From NCBI RefSeq assembly GCF_001194135.2, contig NC_068995.1, positions 20,487,061-20,551,060 on the forward strand: a stretch of DNA of 64,000 nucleotides, given 5' to 3'. Origin of the DNA: Octopus bimaculoides (Eukaryota). Position numbers and translations under genes: made by a program. The notes below the pieces were generated by a model. It was not told the origin of the DNA, made no database searches, and saw only the letters and a program-made list of their open reading frames with translations. Shown here in pieces: positions 51,135-62,570 of the stretch. Each line of letters opens with the position of its first letter. Position 1 is the first letter of the stretch.

Positions 51135-51212
51135 TTTTGAGTTGGTCCCATTGTGTGGTATCTTTGGCAAGTGCCTTCTGCTAAATCCTTTGGCCAACCA
51201 ATGCTTTGTGGG
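51135..51212 (+). mobile_element. SINE family A head fragment
   Basis: gagttggtcccattgtgtggtatctttggcaagtgccttct..ggccaaccaatgctttgtg. Confidence 0.6.
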
Positions 51213-52436
51213 TATTATTTGGAGAATCTTTTAAGTTCAAAGCTTCCCCGATCAGTTTAATTCTCCAATAGGAACCTAGATCTTGTTTGTTAGGCTTGTG
51301 TTGTGGGTTTAAAAAAAATTAAGTTTAGAATCTTACTTGATACGTAAGAATTAGTCAAATAAGTTTTATGGACTTATAATACAAGATGAAGCAGTTTATT
51401 GTTGTTGCTCATCCTAAAGCCAGCTGTAATTTAGCAGACATAATTAAATGTATTCCAGTCATGGTCATACCACTGAATCGAAGTAGATTTGACATTATCT
51501 TAATCTATATCTAATTTGCCTTTTTCTGTTGGGTTGAGTATCTTTTTTTTTAATCTCTCATCAGCTCAAATATCTGGTTTTAGTTTTGCTTATTTTTAGT
51601 AACAGCTTTTGAGGAATTTGAATCTTTCAGAACTAGAACTGATGGCAGTATTTTTATTTCTGCTACTGACAATGTAAGAGATTTGAACTCTGCTAAATCT
51701 ATTTGTTCCTGCAGAGCTGTAGGTCAAGGAAGCAGTATGGCAGATTTTGATTCTTTTTGTTTGCTTCAGTGACTTGAATTTTCTCTTCTGTTTTGTCTTT
51801 ATCCCACTTTTCCAATATAAGTGCATTTAGCTGTAAAATTGAATTTACTTCCATCAGGGAACTATCTTACCAATACCGAGGAACATTGCAAAGATTATTA
51901 ACTGTTAAAAAACGAATCTTGTTTTTCTTTTCTTTCTTTTTGTGTCATTTTTGTCTTTACTTGAAATATTAGAATGGCACCAAGACAGTTACAAATTTTA
52001 AATATGTCACAAATCTGGCACTTTCTTTTTCTTTTTTTCTTTTTTCTGCCCAAGTGTCAGTGGTGGTGGGGTAGATAGATATCTTCAATTTTAGACTTAT
52101 TCAAAGCTAAAATGTTTTAGCGTTTAAACTACTAGCCATTCTCTCCTTTATCATTTTCATTTTTGTTCAGTATTATTTCTGAGGAAGCTTATTCTGATTT
52201 CTCCCTACCCCCCACTGCACTCTTGTTGTCATCCTGTTTTGTTTACTTTTTTTCCTTAAAGTACATCTTTTCCCCTACATATAAAAAAAAAAAAGAGTAA
52301 ATTGGTTCTGACATACTTCACAATTAGCGTTTTGGTTTCCCATGCTTTTTGATACTACACCTGTGTGGTGCTCTTAAGATTTCCTCGTTCAACAAAACGA
52401 AATAAAGAAAAATTATTGGAACATTCATGGTGAAAA

Positions 52437-52446
52437 NNNNNNNNNN
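52437..52446. other. Assembly gap (N run)
   Basis: N bases. Confidence 1.
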
Positions 52447-54078
52447 CAATACATTGTTATATCTGAAAACTGAAGCGTCTGTTAACTTTTTGAAGAACTA
52501 GTTGCAATGGTACAATAGCATTTCTTGAAACTGAATTTTTTTTTTTTAAGACTCTCATGCAGGTGTGTTTGCAAACTTTAATTTGTCACCATTATGTTAA
52601 AATTATGGATTAAAATAAATCTAAGAGTAGCCAATGTCTTTAATTAGTATAAAACAACTGTTTCTAAAAATAATCAGCATGTAACTACTTTTCTGTTTGT
52701 GTAAGGATTTAATCTTGGCATGATAAACCAATTAACTTCATGTTGTGCATTCTGAGAATTTTTATTTTGCTTGCTGCTTTAGTGTATCCTGCAAATTTAT
52801 TGGTTTGGAGTTAAATAAAAAACTGGTGTTTAAGGATTGAACTTTACATTTTTCACTTACACTGACTTTATTAAACCAAAACTGATGTCATTATGTTACT
52901 TATCATCAGGAGTCAAGTGAACATTGCCTGCCATTTAAGTTTTTTTTTCTTTAAGCAGAAGGTTTTAATGTCAAACACTTAAAATATAAGCCTTGGCTAC
53001 CTGGGTACTGCAGCTCCACAGCATTTGTATTCCTTACACTAATACTGCATATTAGAGTTAGATACTCCATTACTGACCACCATGTGGTAATAAGTTAAGC
53101 CACTATTGTGCCCTTAGTTTGTCTGTTCCACTTGTGCAATATGTTATATGGAGAGGCTCTAAACATCTAGCTGTAAAACTAAGCTAACAAGTCTCTAAAT
53201 CAGTTGCTTGAACTGCTAGTTCAGTAGCAGCCAGCTGTTTTCAGATCCTTTTTCTTAAGACTAGACGTGTTGGGTAATGTTCAAGACGTAGCCAGAATGA
53301 TTGTAGTCATTATTGGAATTCAATTCATAGCCTGTTCAGTCAGGGTATAAAAGGTGCTAAATAGAAAATGTGGCTCACTGAAAACCCTCTCCTCAGCAGA
53401 GGACAAAAACATTTCCTGTGCATATTGGAACAGTAGTTATTTTTATGTTTGTGGAATTGTATAACGGGTGCAGTATTAAAAATATGCATTATGGTCAATG
53501 ATTTGCTTTCTTGTCAGGTAAAAATCCATGCACTTAATTTTGCATGTACACAATTAACATAGAGGCTGCTTTTAGTTATGTATGTTGCTGTTACATGTTG
53601 GCAGAATTACATTGCTATTTGCAGCTGATGTGCATGCAGACAGCTGTTGGATAGCTGATGCATGTGCATGCATGCAGGCAGGCAAGGCAGCTGTGTTGAG
53701 CTGCTGCCTGCAGCTGTTGTTAGCTACTTGTCTCAGCTGACTTCGTTTATGCAACTCTGTGCATAATTAGGCAATATCTACTATCACACTCTCTGTTTCC
53801 TGCCATCATACCAAAATGTTATCTCTATTTTGGCTGAAAGATCCATCAGCTTGACCTTTTGGCTATTACAACTGTAACACTTGAGTTTGCTGCATGGTTG
53901 AATGAAAGATTCTAGATGTGTGAATGATTGATCTAATGAATATATTGCATGTATGAATAACATAACAGCTAGCACTTCTTACATGAGGAATTATACACAT
54001 AATGTAACAGTGAAATGGCCAGTTGAATATAGCATTTAAAATCCACTATTGGCAATATTGAATGGTAGTTTAAGTTAC

Positions 54079-54154
54079 AAGCCTCAGTTCACCTAGTTGT
54101 TGGCAGATATCTCCCTAAGCCTCAGTTAACGTACTTGTTGGCAGATATTTCTCT
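54079..54154. repeat. Tandem duplication, 38-bp unit x2 (diverged)
   Basis: aagcctcagtt..ttgttggcagatat.. starts at 54079 and 54117. Confidence 0.85.
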
Positions 54155-54447
54155 CATTATCAGGTATGTTAAGATATCTAAGACTATGAATCTTTTATTT
54201 GGTTATTTGCTGGAAGCAATTAACAGCTCTTACTCAAAGAAAGATTCCTAGCTAATTCAAAGAGATAGTCATTGGAAACTACAATATTGAGAATGAGTGT
54301 ATTGATAGTGAGGACAATAACTGTATTGACACTATGACACAAGCTTGCTATATTGATAGGAATATATCCTGTTTCTCATTGCCTTCTCAAACTATTTGTC
54401 TGGTGATATCAATATGAATTACTTATCTGCCCATTTTGTAACATTTC

Positions 54448-54512
54448 AGAGAAGGTAACAGCCACCCATGATCTTGTATGGACAGGGAACATGGGTGGCT
54501 GTTACCTTCTCT
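54448..54512. repeat. Perfect 23-bp inverted repeat with 19-nt spacer (hairpin)
   Basis: agagaaggtaacagccacccatg (54448-54470) is the exact reverse complement of catgggtggctgttaccttctct (54490-54512). Confidence 0.95.
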
Positions 54513-57500
54513 ATCCATACATCATATATAATTCTTTATATGCTGCTTCATGATGGATTTATGATCAAATTTTGGTAACTGGCTGGTCATTCAGAATATC
54601 AGGACTTTTGTTGGCCAAAATTTCCAAAGTTTATTATTCTCGGTAAACTGTAAATATCAGTTTCCCTTTTGTATTTTCTGTATAGAAAAGGTATTATAGA
54701 AGGTGATATAGTTGTAAGTCATCTATTGCCAGTTCATTAATATCACTTTCCCTTCTTTGTACCATGTTTATTGCACCAAGTAATCTATAAACATCCATCA
54801 TTTTCTATCTACTCTTAGGTTGGGTTTCTTAAAGTGTATATAATTTCTGCATTGAAAACCCTGTGTAGGCATGTATTTTTTCATGTTGGAATGTCTTGCC
54901 AGCTGAACCACTATCTGGAGGTGAAGTTGTATACATCTGCAGAATGGATGTGCATTATTTCCCTCTTATATTCCTAAATATTATCATCTTACCATCTCAT
55001 TTGTGTGTGCATATCATCTGGTGATGAAATTTGTTCCTACATCAGGCTGTGCCCAGTGGGTTTCTGGTTGTAGGTTTATCACAAAAGAATTATGAACCCC
55101 ATCAACCATTGTTCCAGTTCAACTCAAGTGCCAACATAAGATTGGCTGGAAAAATTAAGAATATAATTTAGACACTTGCTTTCTCTCTACCCTTCTCTTT
55201 ACTCTTCTCTCTCACACACACACACTCTCTCTCTCTCTACCCTTTATGTATTTCAAATGCAGTCCTTCAAGTATTCTGGCTAATCCATGTTGGCTTACTC
55301 ATTGGTTATTCATTGGTTTTTGACAAGTGATTGTATTTCAGCTTTCATCATATTAGGTTTTCCTAGTTAAGGAGGTTCTTTGTAGTGTCATCACCCTGCT
55401 CCCTGGCCTTGTGTGTGTTTGAAATGTTTCAATACACTTTTTATTCCACTCAGATCTGTGGGACCGTGTTTAATCTTGGCTTGATTTGCCCTATTTCATC
55501 CTAATTTGTTCTAATCTTGAATTTTGGAACTGTTTTTCCAAATGTTTTTCAAATTCAATTTGGATTTGGAATGTTTGGCCTACAAATTTAACTACACAGT
55601 TTTGTTAAACTTCAGAGAAATATTTAAGATTTATAAAGAAATGAATATAATGCAAGACAATAGTTTTGTGTAAGAAAAGCTATTATAGAATGTTATAGTT
55701 ATAAGAAATCTGTTCAATGGTAAACTCATTCAACCAATATTAGCATTGAGCATATGGTCTGATAATTTCAATTCAGAATTAATGCTAATTAATTGTTGAA
55801 ACCTCACTAAATGTGCTAAGTTGCTCAAGTTATAATGCCCGAATCCTATTGCTTAAGCTTACCCAGCTGAAATTGGATGTCACTTGTTCATAGCTGAGCT
55901 ATGAAAGGGTAAGAAGTACATACAGCTGTTAAATACTGAAGGAGCCCCCATGTGGTCAAATATCCCTGCAGTTTCTACCAAAAAATGAAAGCACAATTGG
56001 ACCATGTCTAAGATACTCTTTAAATATCCCTAGCTCGAATGCTTTTGTCATAAGTGTGCTCAGTCAGAGCGCACATGCATCTAAACACCTATAATTATTC
56101 AAATTTGCTGGTCTTTCCTCAGAGAATCTGCTGCAAAGCACAAAATAAACATTGGGATACAGTTAGGTTTGCATTTCATTACTTTTGGTCTCAATTGTAC
56201 TTCCCTGGTTATGCTGGGTATTTGGTATATTTCTTGATTGATTCTGTTTGTTGCTGCAGGCATTCATCAGGAAGGCTTGGCACTACACTGCAAATTGACT
56301 TGTTTTGATCAAGTACTGTTAGTCCTGCAGAATTCATAGTCCCTGTTTATAGCTTAACTAGTTACAAGTCGACTATCATTAAACCCTTGAACCACTCAGG
56401 CAATTATGACTCCTTTGTCATTCTCCAGGCCTCTTGAAATTGTAGTTTAGGAGTTGTAGAATTCTGTTTATTTTGAGGATAACAGTATTTTTGACAAGTG
56501 ACTGTATCTGGATTTAAGTTATGAATCTGGTGGAATTATTCAGACATGAATGAAATTTCAAAAAAAATGGATCTGGATTAAATGTAATCTTATCAACACT
56601 GCCCTTCAGCTAAGCTAATAAAAATAAAATTATACAATGGAAAAAAAAAAACTATCAATCCAGCACTATTTCATTGCCACAATTTAAAAAAAAAATTTTT
56701 TTTTTTTTATGAGGAATTTGTGTAATGCAATAAAATTTGCTTTTCAACTATCTGCTTTGCTTTGGGATTTTGCCTTCTTTTGATGCTTCAAAAGCTAATC
56801 TGTAGGTGTGTACATGTGTGTTCATTCTTAAACCAGTACCACACACACTTCAATATAGTGAACACCATGGCAAGTTCCAAATCATGACAGATTTTGTAGC
56901 CTGTGCATCTTCTTTTGTCCACATGAATATTTGGAGTAGAATATTTCCCCAAACTGTCTGTTAATACAAAAATTGTGGAATGCACTGACTCTTTTAATAA
57001 CCTTTTTCATAGACATGTTTTGACTGGATTGTATAAATGCTGGTTTCTATTTCTATACAGCAAATTCTCTGCATACAACATATTCCATAGATTTGGTTTA
57101 GAAATATCTATTCAGAAATGAATTCTTTACATATGGCTCTGAGGTGGTATGGACATTGCAGACTTGGAAAATACTGCGTATGTAGGGTCCAGGATTTATC
57201 CCTCCATAGATTTAATTATAAAGTATTGAATTATGAAATCCCACAAATTTCTGTTTTATTTGGCCCTGATTACAATATATTTGTTCCTGCTTCTATCTGG
57301 ACATGTAGAAACTTTGCATCATGTTATCCATATGAAATATTGAATTGTCATATTTAGAATTTATCTAGAATCTTAACTAACCATTTCAGTATTTTATGTT
57401 TAGAAACATTTTTTTTTTCTTTTTAACCTAGCTTGTTCATCTGACCAGAAGTTATTTTTCCTTATATTTATTTATATATATATATTTATTTTTAGACTAT

Positions 57501-57959
57501 TGGAACATTTGTCTTTCATTTTAAGTGTTTCTCAGTGACTTGTTCAAGAGCAAGTTTTAAGCAAGTATTCATTTATTGGCAATGTTATTTCATTCAACTG
57601 TGTAGTTTAGATGTGGCTGAAAATTTTGTATCAATATTTTTGGAAGCTGTTTCAGTTAGCTATAGGAAGGGTACTTGATTGTAAAAGTAATTTATAAAAG
57701 TTATATATGAAATCGATTTTTGCTGTTCCTTCTAGGACTGGTACCATGATTCTACATAATACTAAAAATTGTGTATATGCACACATGTGCACAAACGTGT
57801 ATGTGCATGCACACCAAATTTTTACCTATAATTTATGTAGATATTTCTGCACACATTTTGCAGATTTTGTGAAATTAGCTCAGTTTTAATAAATGAATCC
57901 ACTTATACAAATTAAACTATGAATTAACAATTTTGACAGTACATATTGCAACTGATAAT

Positions 57960-58028
57960 CTTTTTCTTTTTGTTTGTTTTGATATTGACCTTTCACTTAC
58001 TTTATATTTCTTTCTTTTATTGTTACAG
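57960..58028 (+). promoter_or_regulatory. 3' splice acceptor (polypyrimidine tract + TTACAG) of the MEX3 terminal exon
   Basis: A long T/C tract ends in ...ttttattgttacag. MEX3 homology begins exactly at the next base, at the GRQG|C intron position known in vertebrate MEX3 genes. Confidence 0.9.
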
Positions 58029-59467
58029 GCTGCAAGATCAAAGCCCTACGTGCAAAAACCAATACATATATCAAAACCCCTGTGCGGGGAGAAGAGCCTG
58101 TATTTGTGGTTACTGGTCGCAAAGAAGATGTAGCTGCAGCAAAGAGGGAAATACTTTCTGCTGCTGACCACTTCAGCCAAATTCGAGCATCTAGAAGAAA
58201 CAACAGTGCTTCTGGTGTCTCAGGGACAAATTCAAACCTGACCCCTGGCCCGCCCAGTCCTAATACTCCCGGTCATGTAACGATCCAAGTACGGGTTCCC
58301 TACAGAGTTGTAGGGCTTGTTGTTGGCCCAAAAGGTGCAACTATTAAAAGGATCCAACAGCAAACACACACTTACATTATCACACCGAGCAGAGACAAAG
58401 AACCTGTTTTTGATGTGACGGGCTTACCTGAAAATGTTGAAAAAGCCCGTCAAGAAATTGAAAGTCATATCGCCATGCGTACTGGTGGGCTGATTGAAGC
58501 CCATCAGCAGCAAGATGAGAATGATTTTCACACAAATGGTGTTGATTCAGGTTTTCATGAATTAGGAACTGATATTGGACCTGTCTACCCCAAAACAGCA
58601 AATTCAGCAGCATTCACTTACCCAAGTTCGGGTTTAAATGGAACCCTATTATCTCGACGTAGTCAGGAGCCTACAATTTTTAATTTTCCACCTGTCACCT
58701 CAACAACTTCCAAACTGACGGATACTTATAACCCGCTGTCAAATGGGTTTAATGCCTTTAACAGTTTTAGCATGTATGACAACGATGAAGGAATTAGTTC
58801 ACCCTCTTTTGACCCTGTTCCATCACCTGCTGGTCTTTGGCCAGAATTGAGTGATCCAGCACCTCCCAACAGAGGTTCATCTCTAGTCGTCTCGGTGTTC
58901 ACATCAACTGGTAGCAACCCCACAAGTACTAATACCACCTCCTGTTCATCTGTCACAGCTGGGCGACGAAGCAGTCTTGGTGGGACCAACACAACACCTC
59001 GACTTTCACCCACTTTAGAGTCTGCTGAAGCAATGGCAAATGGTACCACTGTGACAGGAAGTCTGAACACCACGAATCTGGGTGGCAGTAGTAGCAGCTT
59101 GGACCATCATCCAATACTTCGACGTATTCGAAGTGACCCCTTGACTGGTAGCCTAGCTGGCATTTCATCTTTCGGACCTCTACCAACATGTACAAACAAC
59201 TATGCTACTACCTCTTCTTCAACAGTCACTAGCATCACTAGTTCTTGTCCAGAATCGCCACCACCAGGAGGAGGGGGTGTTGGTAGCCGTCCTCGACGTA
59301 ACTGCCTTGTGTGCTCTGAGAGTGAGGTTGTGGCCGCGCTTGTACCGTGCGGCCACAACCTGTTCTGTATGGAGTGTGCCAATCTCATTGTTGAAAAACC
59401 AATTGTGGAGCGACTTTGTCCGGTCTGTGAACAAACTCCCACTCAGGCAATCCGCATATTTTCTTAA
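58029..59467 (+). CDS. MEX3: Terminal coding exon of a MEX3-family RNA-binding E3 ubiquitin ligase (second half of KH1, full KH2, Ser/Thr-rich linker, C-terminal C3HC4 RING); 5' exon not found in window
   Basis: The open frame runs from the acceptor (AG 58027-58028; phase-1 G|GC) to TAA ending 59467. It reads CKIKALRAKTNTYIKTPVRGEEPVFVVTGRKEDV (KH1), VRVPYRVVGLVVGPKGATIKRIQQQTHTYIITPSRDKEPVF (KH2 with GxxG; ~58277-58486) and CLVCSESEVVAALVPCGHNLFCMECA...CPVC...QAIRIFS (RING; ~59303-59428). All three are diagnostic of MEX3. The ORF-track start at 58082 is an internal GTG (Val), not the true start. Confidence 0.97.
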
Positions 59468-59660
59468 CATACACACACACACATATATATATATTATAAA
59501 GACAAAGAAACAAAGATCTAAGTAATAAATATAATGCATAAGAAACTTTTCCGTTCCTTGAAAGAGGCTGTTCCCACTCTTTCCCCACCAGACAATTTAA
59601 GAAATGAGTACTCTCATTCGTTGCCGTTATTCATGAGATTATAGATCCATATATAATATG

Positions 59661-59695
<35 letters not shown>

Positions 59696-60850
59696 ATATA
59701 TATATATTTATATATACATACATACACACACACATACATACACACACGTGTATATACACTGACAGATTTTATTGAAAGAAATTTATAAGTTTAATCCATA
59801 TTTGGAAGATGATATATGTATGAAATTTACAGACACACATACTCAAACCAATATATTTAAAAGAATATAAAATGACAGTTAGTGACTGTAGAGAAAAGGA
59901 ATTTCTCTTAAATGTTTCAAAGCTCCAATTCTATTTTATATATATGTGCGTGTGTGTGTGTATATTGTGTGTGTGTGTGTGTGTGTGTGCGTGTGTATAT
60001 AAATATAATCTGTATCTGTGTGTATACATTTATATGTATATGACTATATATGTACACCTGAGAAAGTGTATATATACATACATATACACATTTATCACAT
60101 ATATATTCATATATATTTCTATATAGATATCTATATACATATATAACTACAAACACACGCTCACACACAGATGTGTGTGTATATATATACACACACATAC
60201 ACACGTTTATATACATATATACACATACACACACACTATGGAAGAAAATAGTTCATAAAGTTTGGTGATAGGGCTGGGCTCGTGAGGAAAACCGAGGTTT
60301 ACCCAATTGACAGTGTTGTCACACATTAAGATATTTCTTCCCTATGAAGAAATCTCCTTTCCCCCCACACAAAATATCTGTGAATGTTTTTTTTTGTTTT
60401 ATTTTTTATTCTTTAAATGATTCTTTTCTTTTTTCCTTTTGAGTGAGAAGAGTGGATGAGATTTTTTTTTGTTTTTTAAACTATATTTTACCCAGCTAAA
60501 AAAAAAAAGATTTTAATAATAAACATATTTTATAGTCCACATAAAATAGCCTTTATTTTAATCCTGACGGGTCTAGTTGTGGCCCCCGCCCCCCACCACC
60601 ACCACCACTACTAATTGTGATGAGTAGAAAGGGAAGAAAGAAAAATACATTAAAAAAAATAAATTATATAAAAGTTAAAAAAAAATAAACACAGAAAAAG
60701 ACTTAAAATTTAAAATATTCTAAAAATCTTAAAAAAAAATTGTAAACCCCTTCCCACCTCAATATAAAAAAATTTTCAAAAAAATTGCAGATTTAAACAA
60801 ATAATAAAGCAGGTTTATGCTTTCTAAACATATATTTGTATAAATAGTAC
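59468..60850 (+). other. Probable MEX3 3' UTR (3' end undefined; may extend beyond the gap)
   Basis: It follows the stop codon and is AT- and microsatellite-rich. AATAAA hexamers occur at 60518-60523 and 60803-60808. No transcript data are available. Confidence 0.55.
59650..60237. repeat. Compound TA/TG/CA microsatellite blocks in the probable 3' UTR
   Basis: Blocks at ~59650-59760 and ~59940-60237. Confidence 0.9.
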
Positions 60851-60928
60851 NNNNNNNNNNNNNNNNNNNNNNNNNNNNNNNNNNNNNNNNNNNNNNNNNN
60901 NNNNNNNNNNNNNNNNNNNNNNNNNNNN
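60851..60928. other. Assembly gap (N run)
   Basis: N bases. Confidence 1.
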
Positions 60929-62004
60929 AATTTGTTGCACAACTTAGAGACTAGTATTTTCTATTTTAATATATTTACGAGCTATCTGTGTATATGTAGA
61001 ACAAGTGGAAAAGAAAAATCGCACCCCTCCCCTCAAAAAGAAAGAAAAATGTATACATTGTCAAGAAACAAAAAAAAAACTTTAAATGAAGAAATTTAAT
61101 TTTGAAAATTATCCAAAAGCCACACACATCTACATACAAACATGCGCATATATATGATGTACATACATGCATACAATCATCAATAAATATATATATATAA
61201 ATATGTGTGTATATATATATATATGTATATATATATATAGTGTTGGTGACCATACAAAAGAATTTCCAAACAACCCCCACAGATCTTAAGATGATAAAGA
61301 TATTTTTATTTTAAAGGCCATTTAAAGGTGTCAAAATTTGATGCCCATATATTTCCGGAGTCAGAAATTGTAAAAGGTTTTATTTTTCTGTCACTAAATA
61401 AAAAATGTTCTAAGTTTGAACCCGGCTGTTCTTATGCAATAATTTTTGACCTTTCTGACACAATGCGTGAAAGACTGAATGTGTGTGTGCGTGCGCGTGT
61501 GCATGTGTTGGCATGCGTGTGTTTCAATAATTTATATAGATCTATATACATAAATAAATATTAATATATTTATTTATACATGCTTGCAAATGCACATATA
61601 GGGTACACTTACATTATTGTATCGATGTCTGTGTTTTGAGTATGGTTTGTGTATTTGTGTTGTAGTTTTTGGTGTGATTGTGTATACATGTACACATCAA
61701 CATTTACATTCAGTTATATGATTTGCCTGGTTACTATTCCTCTTACCTTTCCCCGTTCTGTCCCATATCCTTTTTAGTTGCTTAAAATATCCTTAGATGT
61801 GACCCCATGTGATTGTCTACAATGTCCTGACCTGGCAAGTCTCCTCACTTGTCCACCCTCTTCGTGTTAATCTTAACAAACTCAAGTTCACCAAATTCAA
61901 CCTTCTATTTTATGCCTTCCCACCAACATGTTTTTCACCTAATGCTTCACTAATTTAGTTTCTTCTGATCTCCTTGACCACTCACCTGAATAGTAATTAT
62001 ACAT

Positions 62005-62502
62005 GCGTATGTGTGTGTGTGTGTGTGTGCATAGGCACATGTTTGTGTATGATAGTATGGGGATGTGTGTAGAAACAATGTATGCACATACACAAATGTG
62101 TATTACTATTATGTATACATGTGTTTATATGGATATTAACGTGTATGTATTGTGTGTATACATGTGTATATAACGTATGTATATAGTGTATATGTGTATA
62201 TAACATATATTATATACACAACATATATATAAAACATACACACAACATATAACAAACAATATATATGAACATATACACGCAACATATATATACATGCGTG
62301 CAACATATACAGGTGCACAACATATATACACACGCACACAACATACACACATGCACACAACATACACACACGCACATGCATGCAACATACACACAGGCAC
62401 ATGCATGCAACACACACACGCAGCATATACACACATGCAACATATGCACACACACAATGTATATGCATGTATGCGCAACGTATATATACACATACACACA
62501 GC

Positions 62503-62541
<39 letters not shown>

Positions 62542-62570
62542 CATATATATCATATATTACATATAATATA
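62005..62570. repeat. Compound TG/TA/CA low-complexity region with a CAACAT-anchored degenerate minisatellite
   Basis: Repeated caacata(t/c)ac... units from ~62215 to ~62480. Confidence 0.85.

Noticed and set aside
58380-59588. Antisense and alternative-frame ORFs overlapping the MEX3 exon
   Set aside because: Shadows of a GC-richer coding exon with no domain resemblance.
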